28,644 nt of DNA from Spirochaetaceae bacterium (GTDB taxonomy: Bacteria; Spirochaetota; Spirochaetia; DSM-2461). The DNA is taken from NCBI GenBank assembly GCA_051531975.1, contig JAOPTT010000024.1:1-28644 (forward strand), written 5' to 3'. The notes beneath the pieces are model-generated. The model had not been told where the DNA came from, ran no database searches, and was given only the letters and a program-made list of their open reading frames with translations. The number at the start of each line of letters is the position of its first letter. Positions within the stretch are counted from its first letter, which is position 1. This document shows, in pieces, positions 8,360-16,842 of the stretch. The position numbers and the translations under genes were made by a program.

Positions 8360-10390
8360 CTATTTCTCGATCTCAATAAATCCGTATTGTATCCAATCAT
8401 CTGATGGCTCTTGTATCTGATGAGAATCTTTTTTAAACCATAACTTTGTATTACTTTTATACTCTTCAAACTCTGTTACAGTTACTATTCTAGAAATATA
8501 TTTTTCCATTGTTGGTATCGGTTCTTCTAAATATGCAGTTTTAATAGCTTGTAACGTATCTTCCCATTTTTTTAATGCTATTGCTCTAAATTGTTTTTTA
8601 TCCACTACAGTTTTAGCTATTGAATATGATTTCCACAATGATATTCCAGCTGTAAAGCTATCCATAATTTTTTGTATATGTGATAAAGCATCATTATTTA
8701 TATATTTATTGTTTCCTAAAAATCGTGATTGAACTCCATTGTTTCCAAGAATTGTATATAACTCCTTTGGAACTTTCTTCCCCTTAGGTCTTACTTTATC
8801 TACTTTATAGAAAGATAGATGAGGATTCATATCTTTTAAGTTATTTTTAGTATTATTCCTCACGGTTTCAGTCATTAATATATTTGTTTGGTACTGTTTA
8901 TTTATCGCTTCTAATCTAGCTGATGTATTAACTGTATCACCAATAACTCCAAGTTCATAATTGTTTTCAGTACCAGTTTTACCATAAACAATTTTACCAT
9001 AATCTAGTCCAACCCTAAAATTAAAATCAATTTTTAAAGTTTTTTGTAGGTCATTTACTTTCTCAAGAATTAAAATCGCACTTTTTAATGCATAAAAAGA
9101 TGAATTGTGTTTCCTTTCACCTTCTTGGAAAATGATTAAACAGGCATCACCAATATATTTATTAATTTTACCGTAATTTGCTTCTACTACTTTTTCTACT
9201 TCTACCCAAATAGAGTTAACAATAGTAAAAACCTTTTCTTGATAAAGTTCGGTTAGAGTTGTAAACCCTTTTATATCAAGGAATAAAACTGTCATAAATT
9301 CTTCGTGGGGATCAAGTATACTTGTTGATTCCATAAGAACCGCAGATAATAACTCTTTATCTGAAATACCAGCTACAATTTCTCCTAAAGAGTTTAACTG
9401 CTGATGCAGACTAGAATATGCAGAATATAAAATTGAAGTTTCATTAAAGTTAGTATATACATCCTCAACCTTTTTCTTAACAAGACCACTTTTTTTAATC
9501 TTTTCACCTTCTCTAGTTATTATGGTACTTATAGATGCTATCTCTCTTGTTATTTTACTTGTAGTTATTAGTTTTATTGTAACAACTAAAATAAATACAA
9601 ACATTAATATACCTAAAAAGGTATTTCTAACTTTGTTAATCAGATAGAAAAAGTCACTACTTAGATCGGCTATAACAAAAATAGGATATGTCGGAGTTAT
9701 TCCATCAGCATTAATAAGACTATGTTGGGCATACTCTGCAATTCCAATATATTTTTTATTATCAAATGTATATTCAAAACTTACTGTGTTGTTTAGTTTA
9801 TATTTTTGACCATTAGATATTCTGGTATAGTTATCTCTATCTTCTATAGTAGGGATAATAACTAGATCGTAGGTTTTATCGTTACTTTTTTTGTATAAGG
9901 TATTTATATAAGATTTATCATCACTATTTTTACTGTTATTTAAGAGGGATAGATAAACTTCAGAGGCTATTGTTGCTGGAATGTGTGAAGCATTTAGTAA
10001 TATTTGATTTCGAAGTTCTTTGCTGAAATTTATAGTAAAACCGGGATCATTCTTTTTTCCAGAATACTCTTCTAAACCTTCAATATCAGTTAAAATTGCC
10101 AATATACTATCATCGTATTTAACTTTGTTAATTCCTGACTCTTTACTATAAACCAATATGTCATCTAAATAATCAAAGTAAACTAATGTATCTTTGTTTT
10201 CTAAATAATCAAGAGAGTTAAAGTATTCCGCTTCTATTGAGTCCAGTTTCTCATAAAAGTCTGTATTACTAGAGTTTGAGATTATATTTTTTATTACTAC
10301 CTCAAACATAAGATAAGTTGAAATGAATACTACAATGAATGTAATAATATCCCAAAATATCAGCGAAGATTTTATATGTATTTTTTTCAT
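8360..10390 (-). CDS. Membrane-bound class III adenylate/guanylate cyclase (TM - extracytoplasmic sensor - TM - HAMP-like - cyclase - C-terminal extension)
   Basis: VLFLDIKGFT, INKYIGDA, FRVGLDYG and GVIGDTVNTSARLE motifs, two TM segments. Start moved to ATG 10390 (MKKIHIK) because the ORF-track TTG at 10429 is the -35 box. Confidence 0.93.
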   Translation of the reverse strand: MKKIHIKSSLIFWDIITFIVVFISTYLMFEVVIKNIISNSSNTDFYEKLDSIEAEYFNSLDYLENKDTLVYFDYLDDILVYSKESGINKVKYDDSILAILTDIEGLEEYSGKKNDPGFTINFSKELRNQILLNASHIPATIASEVYLSLLNNSKNSDDKSYINTLYKKSNDKTYDLVIIPTIEDRDNYTRISNGQKYKLNNTVSFEYTFDNKKYIGIAEYAQHSLINADGITPTYPIFVIADLSSDFFYLINKVRNTFLGILMFVFILVVTIKLITTSKITREIASISTIITREGEKIKKSGLVKKKVEDVYTNFNETSILYSAYSSLHQQLNSLGEIVAGISDKELLSAVLMESTSILDPHEEFMTVLFLDIKGFTTLTELYQEKVFTIVNSIWVEVEKVVEANYGKINKYIGDACLIIFQEGERKHNSSFYALKSAILILEKVNDLQKTLKIDFNFRVGLDYGKIVYGKTGTENNYELGVIGDTVNTSARLEAINKQYQTNILMTETVRNNTKNNLKDMNPHLSFYKVDKVRPKGKKVPKELYTILGNNGVQSRFLGNNKYINNDALSHIQKIMDSFTAGISLWKSYSIAKTVVDKKQFRAIALKKWEDTLQAIKTAYLEEPIPTMEKYISRIVTVTEFEEYKSNTKLWFKKDSHQIQEPSDDWIQYGFIEIEK

Positions 10391-10400
10391 AGTTATCCTA

Positions 10401-10429
10401 ATAATAGATTTGTGATATTTAAGAGTCAA
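10401..10429 (-). promoter_or_regulatory. Sigma70-like promoter of the cyclase operon
   Basis: TTGACT-N17-TATTAT, ending 10 nt before ATG 10390. Confidence 0.6.
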
Positions 10430-10497
10430 TTCTTTTTAAGAAATATGATGTATTTTAACGTATTTAAGTCGATAATTACCATATGGAGGATAATTAA

Positions 10498-11916
10498 TTG
10501 AGAAGATTACGATTACCACTGATAATTCTAATGTTAGTTTTTATATTTTCGGTTATGTTTCATCTCTTTTATTTAAAAGATATTGATACTATATTTTCTA
10601 TGCAATCACCATGGACTTTAACCGCACTTATAATTGCTACAGCATTCTTTTTTCTAAAAACATTAGATGTTGTATTTTGGACACCTTCTAGAAACTCTGG
10701 GTTTATTAAGACTCCAAGACTTTTTATTGATGTTCTAAATTTTATTTTGTTAGCTATTGTTATTTTAATATTAGTTAGTCAAATATTTCATAAACCAATT
10801 ACTGGTATTCTTGCCGCTTCAGGTGCTCTAGGTGTTATTGTTGGTTTAAGTATGCAAAGAATGCTTGCCGATCTATTTACAGGTGTTGCAATCAATATGG
10901 ATAATACCATAAAACTTATGGATTGGATTGAGTATAATAAACCAAATGGGGATCCTATAATTGGACAAGTTAGAGAGGTAAACTGGAGAACTGTAAAACT
11001 ACTAACTTATGATAATAATATTGTTGTTATTCCAAACGGAGCATTAGCAACAGATTCTATAAAAAACTTTTCAAATCCTACTAGTAAATCAATGTTTATC
11101 ATAGATTTAACTATGGACTTTGAAGTCCCAAGTGCTAGAGTCTTAACTCTACTTGAAGCAGCTGTTATATCTGTTAAAGAAGTTCTTGAAAATCCAAAAC
11201 CTAAAATTTATATTGATTGTGTTACAGAGCGGGGAGTTCAGTACGCTGTTAGATTTTGGTTAGATATTAATGTTGTGAATATTTTTGAAGGAAAGCACTT
11301 GGTATATAATAGTGCTTTAAAACATCTGCACCAAGGTGGATTAAGTTTATCATATTCAAAACATGACATATATTATAAGCCAATGCCTACTAGACAGTTG
11401 GATCGACATAGAGATATCGGTCCTTTACTAAAACGAGTTCCATTGTTCACTATGTTAAATAATAGTGAATTAAATATTATACATAAAGGTGTTTCTGAAG
11501 TAGCAGTTAATCGTGGGGAGGCTGTAGTTAGAGCAGGGGAAGCAGGTTCTTCTATGTTTATATTAGTGGAAGGGGCTATGAATGTAATAGTCGACAAAAT
11601 TACTAATGGTAAAATTAAGAAAATAAAAGTTAATCAATTAGTACCAGGTGATTTTTTTGGAGAGATGTCTCTGTTAACTGGAGAACCACGGTCTGCTTAT
11701 GTTATAGCTAGAACTGATTCAATTTTATATGAAATCAAGAAAAAAACTATAATGCAAGTATTAAAAGGTCGTCCAGAAGTTAGTCGTAAATTATCTAGAA
11801 TTCTGGCTGATAGAGTTATGTCAAATGAAAGTGCAAAAATTAAATATAAAGATAATAAAGCAAAACTTGCTTCCACCCTATTTTCAAGGATGAAAGAGTT
11901 TTTCTTCGGTATCTAA
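10498..11916 (+). CDS. MscS-family channel with C-terminal cyclic-nucleotide-binding domain (bCNG-like)
   Basis: MscS motifs ASGALGVIVGLSMQRMLADLFTGV, GQVREVNWRTVKL and IPNG. CNBD motifs VPLF..L, GEAGSSMFILVEG and GDFFGEMSLLTGEPRSA. GGAGGA SD with TTG start. Confidence 0.93.
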   Translation: MRRLRLPLIILMLVFIFSVMFHLFYLKDIDTIFSMQSPWTLTALIIATAFFFLKTLDVVFWTPSRNSGFIKTPRLFIDVLNFILLAIVILILVSQIFHKPITGILAASGALGVIVGLSMQRMLADLFTGVAINMDNTIKLMDWIEYNKPNGDPIIGQVREVNWRTVKLLTYDNNIVVIPNGALATDSIKNFSNPTSKSMFIIDLTMDFEVPSARVLTLLEAAVISVKEVLENPKPKIYIDCVTERGVQYAVRFWLDINVVNIFEGKHLVYNSALKHLHQGGLSLSYSKHDIYYKPMPTRQLDRHRDIGPLLKRVPLFTMLNNSELNIIHKGVSEVAVNRGEAVVRAGEAGSSMFILVEGAMNVIVDKITNGKIKKIKVNQLVPGDFFGEMSLLTGEPRSAYVIARTDSILYEIKKKTIMQVLKGRPEVSRKLSRILADRVMSNESAKIKYKDNKAKLASTLFSRMKEFFFGI

Positions 11917-11920
11917 TATA

Positions 11921-13189
11921 TTACTCTTTATGGTACTGGGCAGCCATTGCTAACATTTCTGCCGCAGGACCACTTTCTCCATCTTTATTTTTATGAACCA
12001 TAGCTACAACACCAGTTGATAGACCAAAAAGGTTAATAAAACCTTGGGCATCATTATGATCATAATCTGACTCTCCAAATGATGCTAGGTCTTCTAGATA
12101 CAGTGAATATGGTGATTTTCGTCCAGTTATTAGAACATTTCCTTTATATAACACTACTCTAATAGAACCAGTAACAAACTCACTGGTTTTCTCCATAAAT
12201 GCTTCTAAACTTTCTCTAGCAGTAGTATACCACTTTCCAGCATAAACTAGATTTGAATAGTCAATACTAAGTTTTTGTTTTAAATCTAATGTATCTCTAT
12301 CTAAAGTTACCATTTCAAGATCTCTAGTTGCTTCGTGTAGAATTGTTCCAGCTGGAGTTTCATAGACACCACGGCTCTTCATTCCAACTAATCTAGTTTC
12401 AACAATATCTTTTCGACCAATACCATTTTCATGACCAAGTTTATTTAGTTTTTCTAGAATAGAGAAGGCTGACATCTTCTTTCCATCTAAACCAACAGGG
12501 ATACCTTTTTCAAAGTCTATAACTACTTCAGCTTCTACATCTGGGGCATCTTTAGGAGATTTTGTTAATAAAAACATATCTTCTTTTGGTCTGTTCCATA
12601 AATCTTCTAGGTCCCCACCTTCATGACTCATGTGCCAAATATTCCAGTCTCTTGAGTATATTTTTTCTTTAGTTACTGTAAGTTCAATTCCACGCTCTTT
12701 AGCAAAATCAATTGCATCTTCTCGAGATTTAATATCCCAAACTCTCCAGGGAGCGATTACTTCTAATTCAGGAGCTAACGCTTTATATGTAAGTTCAAAT
12801 CTTACTTGGTCGTTACCTTTTCCTGTACAACCGTGACAAAGAGCATCACAACCTTCGGCTAAAGCAATTTCAACTTGATGTTTTGACTGTAAGGGTCTCG
12901 CAATTGAAGTTCCTAAAAGGTATTTACCTTCGTAGATAGCTCCCGCTCTAACCATTGGGAAAATATACTCTGCAGCTAATTCTTCTTTTATATCTTTTAT
13001 ATATAATTTTGAAGCTCCGGATTTTAAGGCTTTAGCTTCCATATTAGCCCAGTCTTCATCCTGTCCCACATTTGTACAAATACCTATGATTTCAGCACCT
13101 TCGTACTGTTCTTTTAACCAAGGGATAATAATTGAAGTATCTAACCCTCCAGAATAAGCTAATGCTATCTTTTTAATTTTTTTTGCCAT
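11921..13189 (-). CDS. argG: Argininosuccinate synthase
   Basis: LAYSGGLDTS, HGCTGKGNDQVRFE, SHEGG and KSRGVYETPAG motifs. Confidence 0.98.
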   Translation of the reverse strand: MAKKIKKIALAYSGGLDTSIIIPWLKEQYEGAEIIGICTNVGQDEDWANMEAKALKSGASKLYIKDIKEELAAEYIFPMVRAGAIYEGKYLLGTSIARPLQSKHQVEIALAEGCDALCHGCTGKGNDQVRFELTYKALAPELEVIAPWRVWDIKSREDAIDFAKERGIELTVTKEKIYSRDWNIWHMSHEGGDLEDLWNRPKEDMFLLTKSPKDAPDVEAEVVIDFEKGIPVGLDGKKMSAFSILEKLNKLGHENGIGRKDIVETRLVGMKSRGVYETPAGTILHEATRDLEMVTLDRDTLDLKQKLSIDYSNLVYAGKWYTTARESLEAFMEKTSEFVTGSIRVVLYKGNVLITGRKSPYSLYLEDLASFGESDYDHNDAQGFINLFGLSTGVVAMVHKNKDGESGPAAEMLAMAAQYHKE

Positions 13190-13198
13190 TGTAAGCTC

Positions 13199-14374
13199 CT
13201 ATAATGCCTTTTCTAAAATATCTAGGCCAATTTTTATTTCATCTTTAGTTATAATAAGAGGTGGTGAAAACCTTAAAGTATCACTGCCTGTTCTTAATAT
13301 TAATAAACCATTTTCTCTACACTTATTCATTACTTCAGGAATTAAACTTGCATTTTTAAGTTTTAAACCAAGTAGTAAACCTTCACCTTTTACCATAATT
13401 GCATTCTCTTTTTTTGTAATAATCTCTTCTAAACCTTTCTTAAAGAAATTACTTAGTAAGTTTACATTTGCTAAAAAGTTAGGGTTATTTATTAATCCTA
13501 GAACCTTTAGTGCAACTGCAGTCGTTACAGGTCCTCCACCAAATGTAGTCCCGTGTTCACCTATTTGTATCAGATCGTTAACTTTTTTAGGTATTAATGT
13601 TGCACTTAATGGCAAACCACCTGCAAGAGGTTTTGAAAGAGTAATTATATTAGGGTTTAATCCATAAGTTTCATAACCATATAATTTCCCAGTTCTACCT
13701 AATCCAACTTGTACTTCATCTGAAATTATTAAAATATCATGTTTTTTTGCTAGAGAATGAAGCGCATTACAAAATTCTGGTGATACTGAATCCAAACCAC
13801 CTTCACCCTGTAGAGGTTCTATAATCACAGCTGCAAATGTTCGATCAAGTGTATTTTCTAATGCTTTTACATCATTAAAACCTATAGTCTCAAAACCTGG
13901 AACCAATGGGTAAAAAGGTGCCTTATATTTCTCTTTAGGTGTAGCTGACATAGTACCAAAAGTTCTACCATGGAAAGCATTACTAAATGATAATATTTTA
14001 TAATTACCTTCACCTTTAACTCTTTGGCTATAAGCTCTAGCATATTTAAATGCAGCTTCATTTGCTTCTGTTCCACTATTTCCAAAATGTACAGCATCAA
14101 AGTTACCTGATGTTGTTAATTTTTCCGCAAGTTTAATCGCAGGCTCTGTTGCATATAGATTAGAGACATGTATAAGTTTTAACATCTGATCATGTGCTAT
14201 TTTTGCTAAATCTTCTCTGCCATAACCTAGGGCATTTACAGAAATACCTGAACCAAAATCTAGATACTTGTTACCTTTTTTATCAAAAAGATAACAACCT
14301 TGTCCCTTATCTAAAACTAAGAAATCACTACCATAGTTATTTGGGTATGGAGGATTATTTACAAATGGGCTCAT
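13199..14374 (-). CDS. argD: Acetylornithine aminotransferase (class III PLP enzyme)
   Basis: NSGTEANEAA, FHGRT, EPLQGEGG, DEVQVGLGRTG and HGTTFGG motifs; arg operon context. Confidence 0.93.
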   Translation of the reverse strand: MSPFVNNPPYPNNYGSDFLVLDKGQGCYLFDKKGNKYLDFGSGISVNALGYGREDLAKIAHDQMLKLIHVSNLYATEPAIKLAEKLTTSGNFDAVHFGNSGTEANEAAFKYARAYSQRVKGEGNYKILSFSNAFHGRTFGTMSATPKEKYKAPFYPLVPGFETIGFNDVKALENTLDRTFAAVIIEPLQGEGGLDSVSPEFCNALHSLAKKHDILIISDEVQVGLGRTGKLYGYETYGLNPNIITLSKPLAGGLPLSATLIPKKVNDLIQIGEHGTTFGGGPVTTAVALKVLGLINNPNFLANVNLLSNFFKKGLEEIITKKENAIMVKGEGLLLGLKLKNASLIPEVMNKCRENGLLILRTGSDTLRFSPPLIITKDEIKIGLDILEKAL

Positions 14375-15216
14375 ACACTCTCCTTGGCGAGCAGGCTTTT
14401 ATGCCGACCAGCCTTGTTCAAGGTTTTCTGGTTTAAAAAAATAACAGATCCTTTTTTATTTTCTATAAGTTGTTTTAAGTCACCTGATGAAACATAGTTA
14501 CTAATAACAACACTTTTTACACCATTTTCAATGGCACTAATAGATGATTTTACCTTTGGAATCATTCCGCCAGATATTACTCCACTTTCAATTTCTTCTT
14601 TTATACTCTCTAGTGTCATATGTTTTAAAACTTCGTTTTCTTTTAATATTCCTGGAATATCAGATAAAAAGATTACTTTGTTTGCTTTTAGTGTCACAGA
14701 AACTGCCAAAGCAGCTTCATCAGCATTAATATTTAGAGGATTACCATCCTTATCCATTGATACCGAACATATTATAGGAGTAAATCCTCCATGTATAAGC
14801 AAATTTAATAGATTAGGGTCAGTAAAGGTAACTTTTCCTGTTCTATTTTCTCCAAGGGAATCTATCGGTTCTCCTGTAAAGATCTGCCCATCATTTCCTG
14901 ATAATCCAACAGCAGGAACTTCAAGTGTCTCAAAAGTTCTAACAATTCTTTTATTTATTCTACCAGCTAATACACCATCAACAATCTGCATTTCAGGTTT
15001 AGTCGTCATTCTAACTCCGTCAATGAACTTAGCTTCTAAACCATAAACTTTTGATGCCTCTGTAACTTCTGCTCCACCACCATGAACTAAAATAAAGTTA
15101 TAGTCTGTCTGTAGAGTTTTTATCTCTTTTATTAAACTGGTTAGTTCAGCTCCTGTAACAGCGACTTTCCCACCAGTTTTAATTAATATTATTGGTTTTA
15201 TATTTGAACTTCCCAT
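14371..15216 (-). CDS. argB: Acetylglutamate kinase
   Basis: IKTGG, VHGGG, DGVRMT, NINAD and GGMIPKV motifs. Confidence 0.95.
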   Translation of the reverse strand: MGSSNIKPIILIKTGGKVAVTGAELTSLIKEIKTLQTDYNFILVHGGGAEVTEASKVYGLEAKFIDGVRMTTKPEMQIVDGVLAGRINKRIVRTFETLEVPAVGLSGNDGQIFTGEPIDSLGENRTGKVTFTDPNLLNLLIHGGFTPIICSVSMDKDGNPLNINADEAALAVSVTLKANKVIFLSDIPGILKENEVLKHMTLESIKEEIESGVISGGMIPKVKSSISAIENGVKSVVISNYVSSGDLKQLIENKKGSVIFLNQKTLNKAGRHKSLLAKESV

Positions 15217-16254
15217 TTAAAGTTCTCCATTTAAAGGAAGTCCAAGAGTTTCATTGAACCCAAATCTAATATTCATATTTTGAACAGCCTGACCAGATGC
15301 TCCTTTTACAAGGTTATCAATAGTAGAAAAAAGAATAATTGAACCTTCTTCTATCTGCCAGCTAATGTCACATCTGTTTGAGTTAACGCAATTACCCACT
15401 TCTGGATTTACCCCAGCTAAAACATTCACAAATGCTGAATCTTTATAATATTTTTCAAATATAGCTTCAATTTCAGCATCTGTTATTTCTGACTTTAACT
15501 TAGCAACTGTTGTAACAACCATACCTCTTCTTAATGGTATTAGGTGTGGATTAAACAGTGCAATACCACAATTGGAATTTACAAAATCTAACTCTTTCTG
15601 AATCTCTATCTGGTGTCTATGTTTTGTTCCTGCATTATAAGCATTAGAATTCTCTGCTCTTTTTACAAAAAGAGAACCTGGTTTTGCACTTCTTCCAGCT
15701 CCAGATATTCCAGACAGTGCATTTATAACAATATCTTTAGTTATAATGCCCTCTTTTAATAGTGGAAGTAGTGGTAAAAGAGTTGCTGTTGGATAACATC
15801 CTGGGTTAGCAATTAAATTAGCATTTTTTATTTTATCAGAATACCATTCTGATAATCCATATACAGCCTGGTTTTGTAGATCTGGATTAGGGTGTGTTTG
15901 GCCATATGCTTTAATAAATAGATCTGCATTTTCAATTCTAAAATCTGCAGACAGGTCAATTATTACAGAGTTTCCAAAAAAATCGGAACATATTTCAGCT
16001 GATTTTAAGTGGGGAAGGGCTGCAAACACAACATCTGGCTTTGCCTTTTTTGCATCATCTACAGATATTAAAAGACCTGTTGGAACCTTCCTTTTTAAAC
16101 TATAAGAACTTATTCCAGGATCATATTCAGTAATAGATAAACCAACTGAAGAAGATGAAACTGGATATATCTTTTCTATTTCTGGATGATCTAATAATAA
16201 CCTTAAAAGAACTAAGCCTGTATAACCAGTAGAACCTAATATTGCTGCTGTCAC
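15217..16254 (-). CDS. argC: N-acetyl-gamma-glutamyl-phosphate reductase
   Basis: GSTGYTG, ALPH, DLSADFR, ANPGCYPT, SGISGAGR, HRH and DNLVKGASGQA motifs. GTG start. Confidence 0.97.
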   Translation of the reverse strand: MTAAILGSTGYTGLVLLRLLLDHPEIEKIYPVSSSSVGLSITEYDPGISSYSLKRKVPTGLLISVDDAKKAKPDVVFAALPHLKSAEICSDFFGNSVIIDLSADFRIENADLFIKAYGQTHPNPDLQNQAVYGLSEWYSDKIKNANLIANPGCYPTATLLPLLPLLKEGIITKDIVINALSGISGAGRSAKPGSLFVKRAENSNAYNAGTKHRHQIEIQKELDFVNSNCGIALFNPHLIPLRRGMVVTTVAKLKSEITDAEIEAIFEKYYKDSAFVNVLAGVNPEVGNCVNSNRCDISWQIEEGSIILFSTIDNLVKGASGQAVQNMNIRFGFNETLGLPLNGEL

Positions 16255-16255
16255 T

Positions 16256-16726
16256 TTATAACTCCAAATCTTCTATTTTATTTCTTAAACTTTTTTTGAA
16301 ATTTTCTCTAGAAAACTCTTCATTAATAATAATCATGATCGTATCATCACCTGCAATTGATCCAATAACTTCTTCAAATAGTAAGTTATCAATTGCGGCT
16401 GCAGTGCTATTTGCATGTCCCGGGAGTGTTTTAATAACACATAAGTTATCTGAAAATGCTATAGATAAAAAACCTCTTTTAAAATCATTTATATATTGTT
16501 GTTCAGATTCTTTTAAATTAAGAATCGAAGGAAGGGTGTATATGTATCCGTTGGATCCATCTGATAACTTACCAACTTTTAACATCTTAAGATCTCTTGA
16601 AAGTGTTGCCTGTGTAACATTTACTTCACTCTCTTGCAACAATCTTAATAGTTGATCTTGGCTTGTTATAGTTCCGGTCTCAATAATGGACTGTATTATC
16701 TTTAATCTATCTGGTCTCGTAGTCAT
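16256..16726 (-). CDS. argR: Arginine repressor
   Basis: TQATLSRDL DNA-binding motif, KTLPG and GSIAGDDT arginine-binding motif. Confidence 0.96.
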   Translation of the reverse strand: MTTRPDRLKIIQSIIETGTITSQDQLLRLLQESEVNVTQATLSRDLKMLKVGKLSDGSNGYIYTLPSILNLKESEQQYINDFKRGFLSIAFSDNLCVIKTLPGHANSTAAAIDNLLFEEVIGSIAGDDTIMIIINEEFSRENFKKSLRNKIEDLEL

Positions 16727-16738
16727 AATAAAACACCT

Positions 16739-16777
16739 TTTGTATATTTATACATTTATTATGTATATCTTCTCATG
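16739..16777. promoter_or_regulatory. Tandem ARG boxes (ArgR operator)
   Basis: 14-bp cores TGTATATTTATACA (16741-16754, palindromic) and TGTATATCTTCTCA (16762-16775), i.e. two 18-bp boxes 3 bp apart, directly upstream of argR. Confidence 0.8.
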
Positions 16778-16786
16778 ATGTTTCAA
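16758..16786 (-). promoter_or_regulatory. Sigma70-like promoter of the argR-C-B-D-G operon
   Basis: TTGAAA-N17-CATAAT on the minus strand, overlapping the ARG boxes. Confidence 0.65.
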
Positions 16787-16827
16787 TGCCTTTAGGATAA
16801 AAATATAATTTTATTTTACAGAAAAAT

Positions 16828-16835
16828 GCCGATAA
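16828..16835 (+). promoter_or_regulatory. Sigma28-like -10 element upstream of fapA
   Basis: Perfect GCCGATAA 7 nt before the ATG, with no SD. The -35 TAAA is not at canonical spacing. Confidence 0.5.
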
Positions 16836-16842
16836 TAATTAA

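Noticed and set aside
10410..10427. CRP/FNR-type site in the cyclase-channel intergenic region
   Set aside because: Only the TGTGA half-site is present; there is no TCACA at 6-bp spacing.
10391..10429. ORF-track TTG start for the cyclase
   Set aside because: The TTG is the -35 box of the predicted promoter; ATG 10390 gives a normal MKK-TM N-terminus.
8360..11916. Canonical Pycsar (PycC + PycTM) call
   Set aside because: The cyclase is membrane-bound, keeps the adenine-type Lys and is divergent from rather than operonic with the effector, which is MscS-CNBD. Kept only as an analogy.
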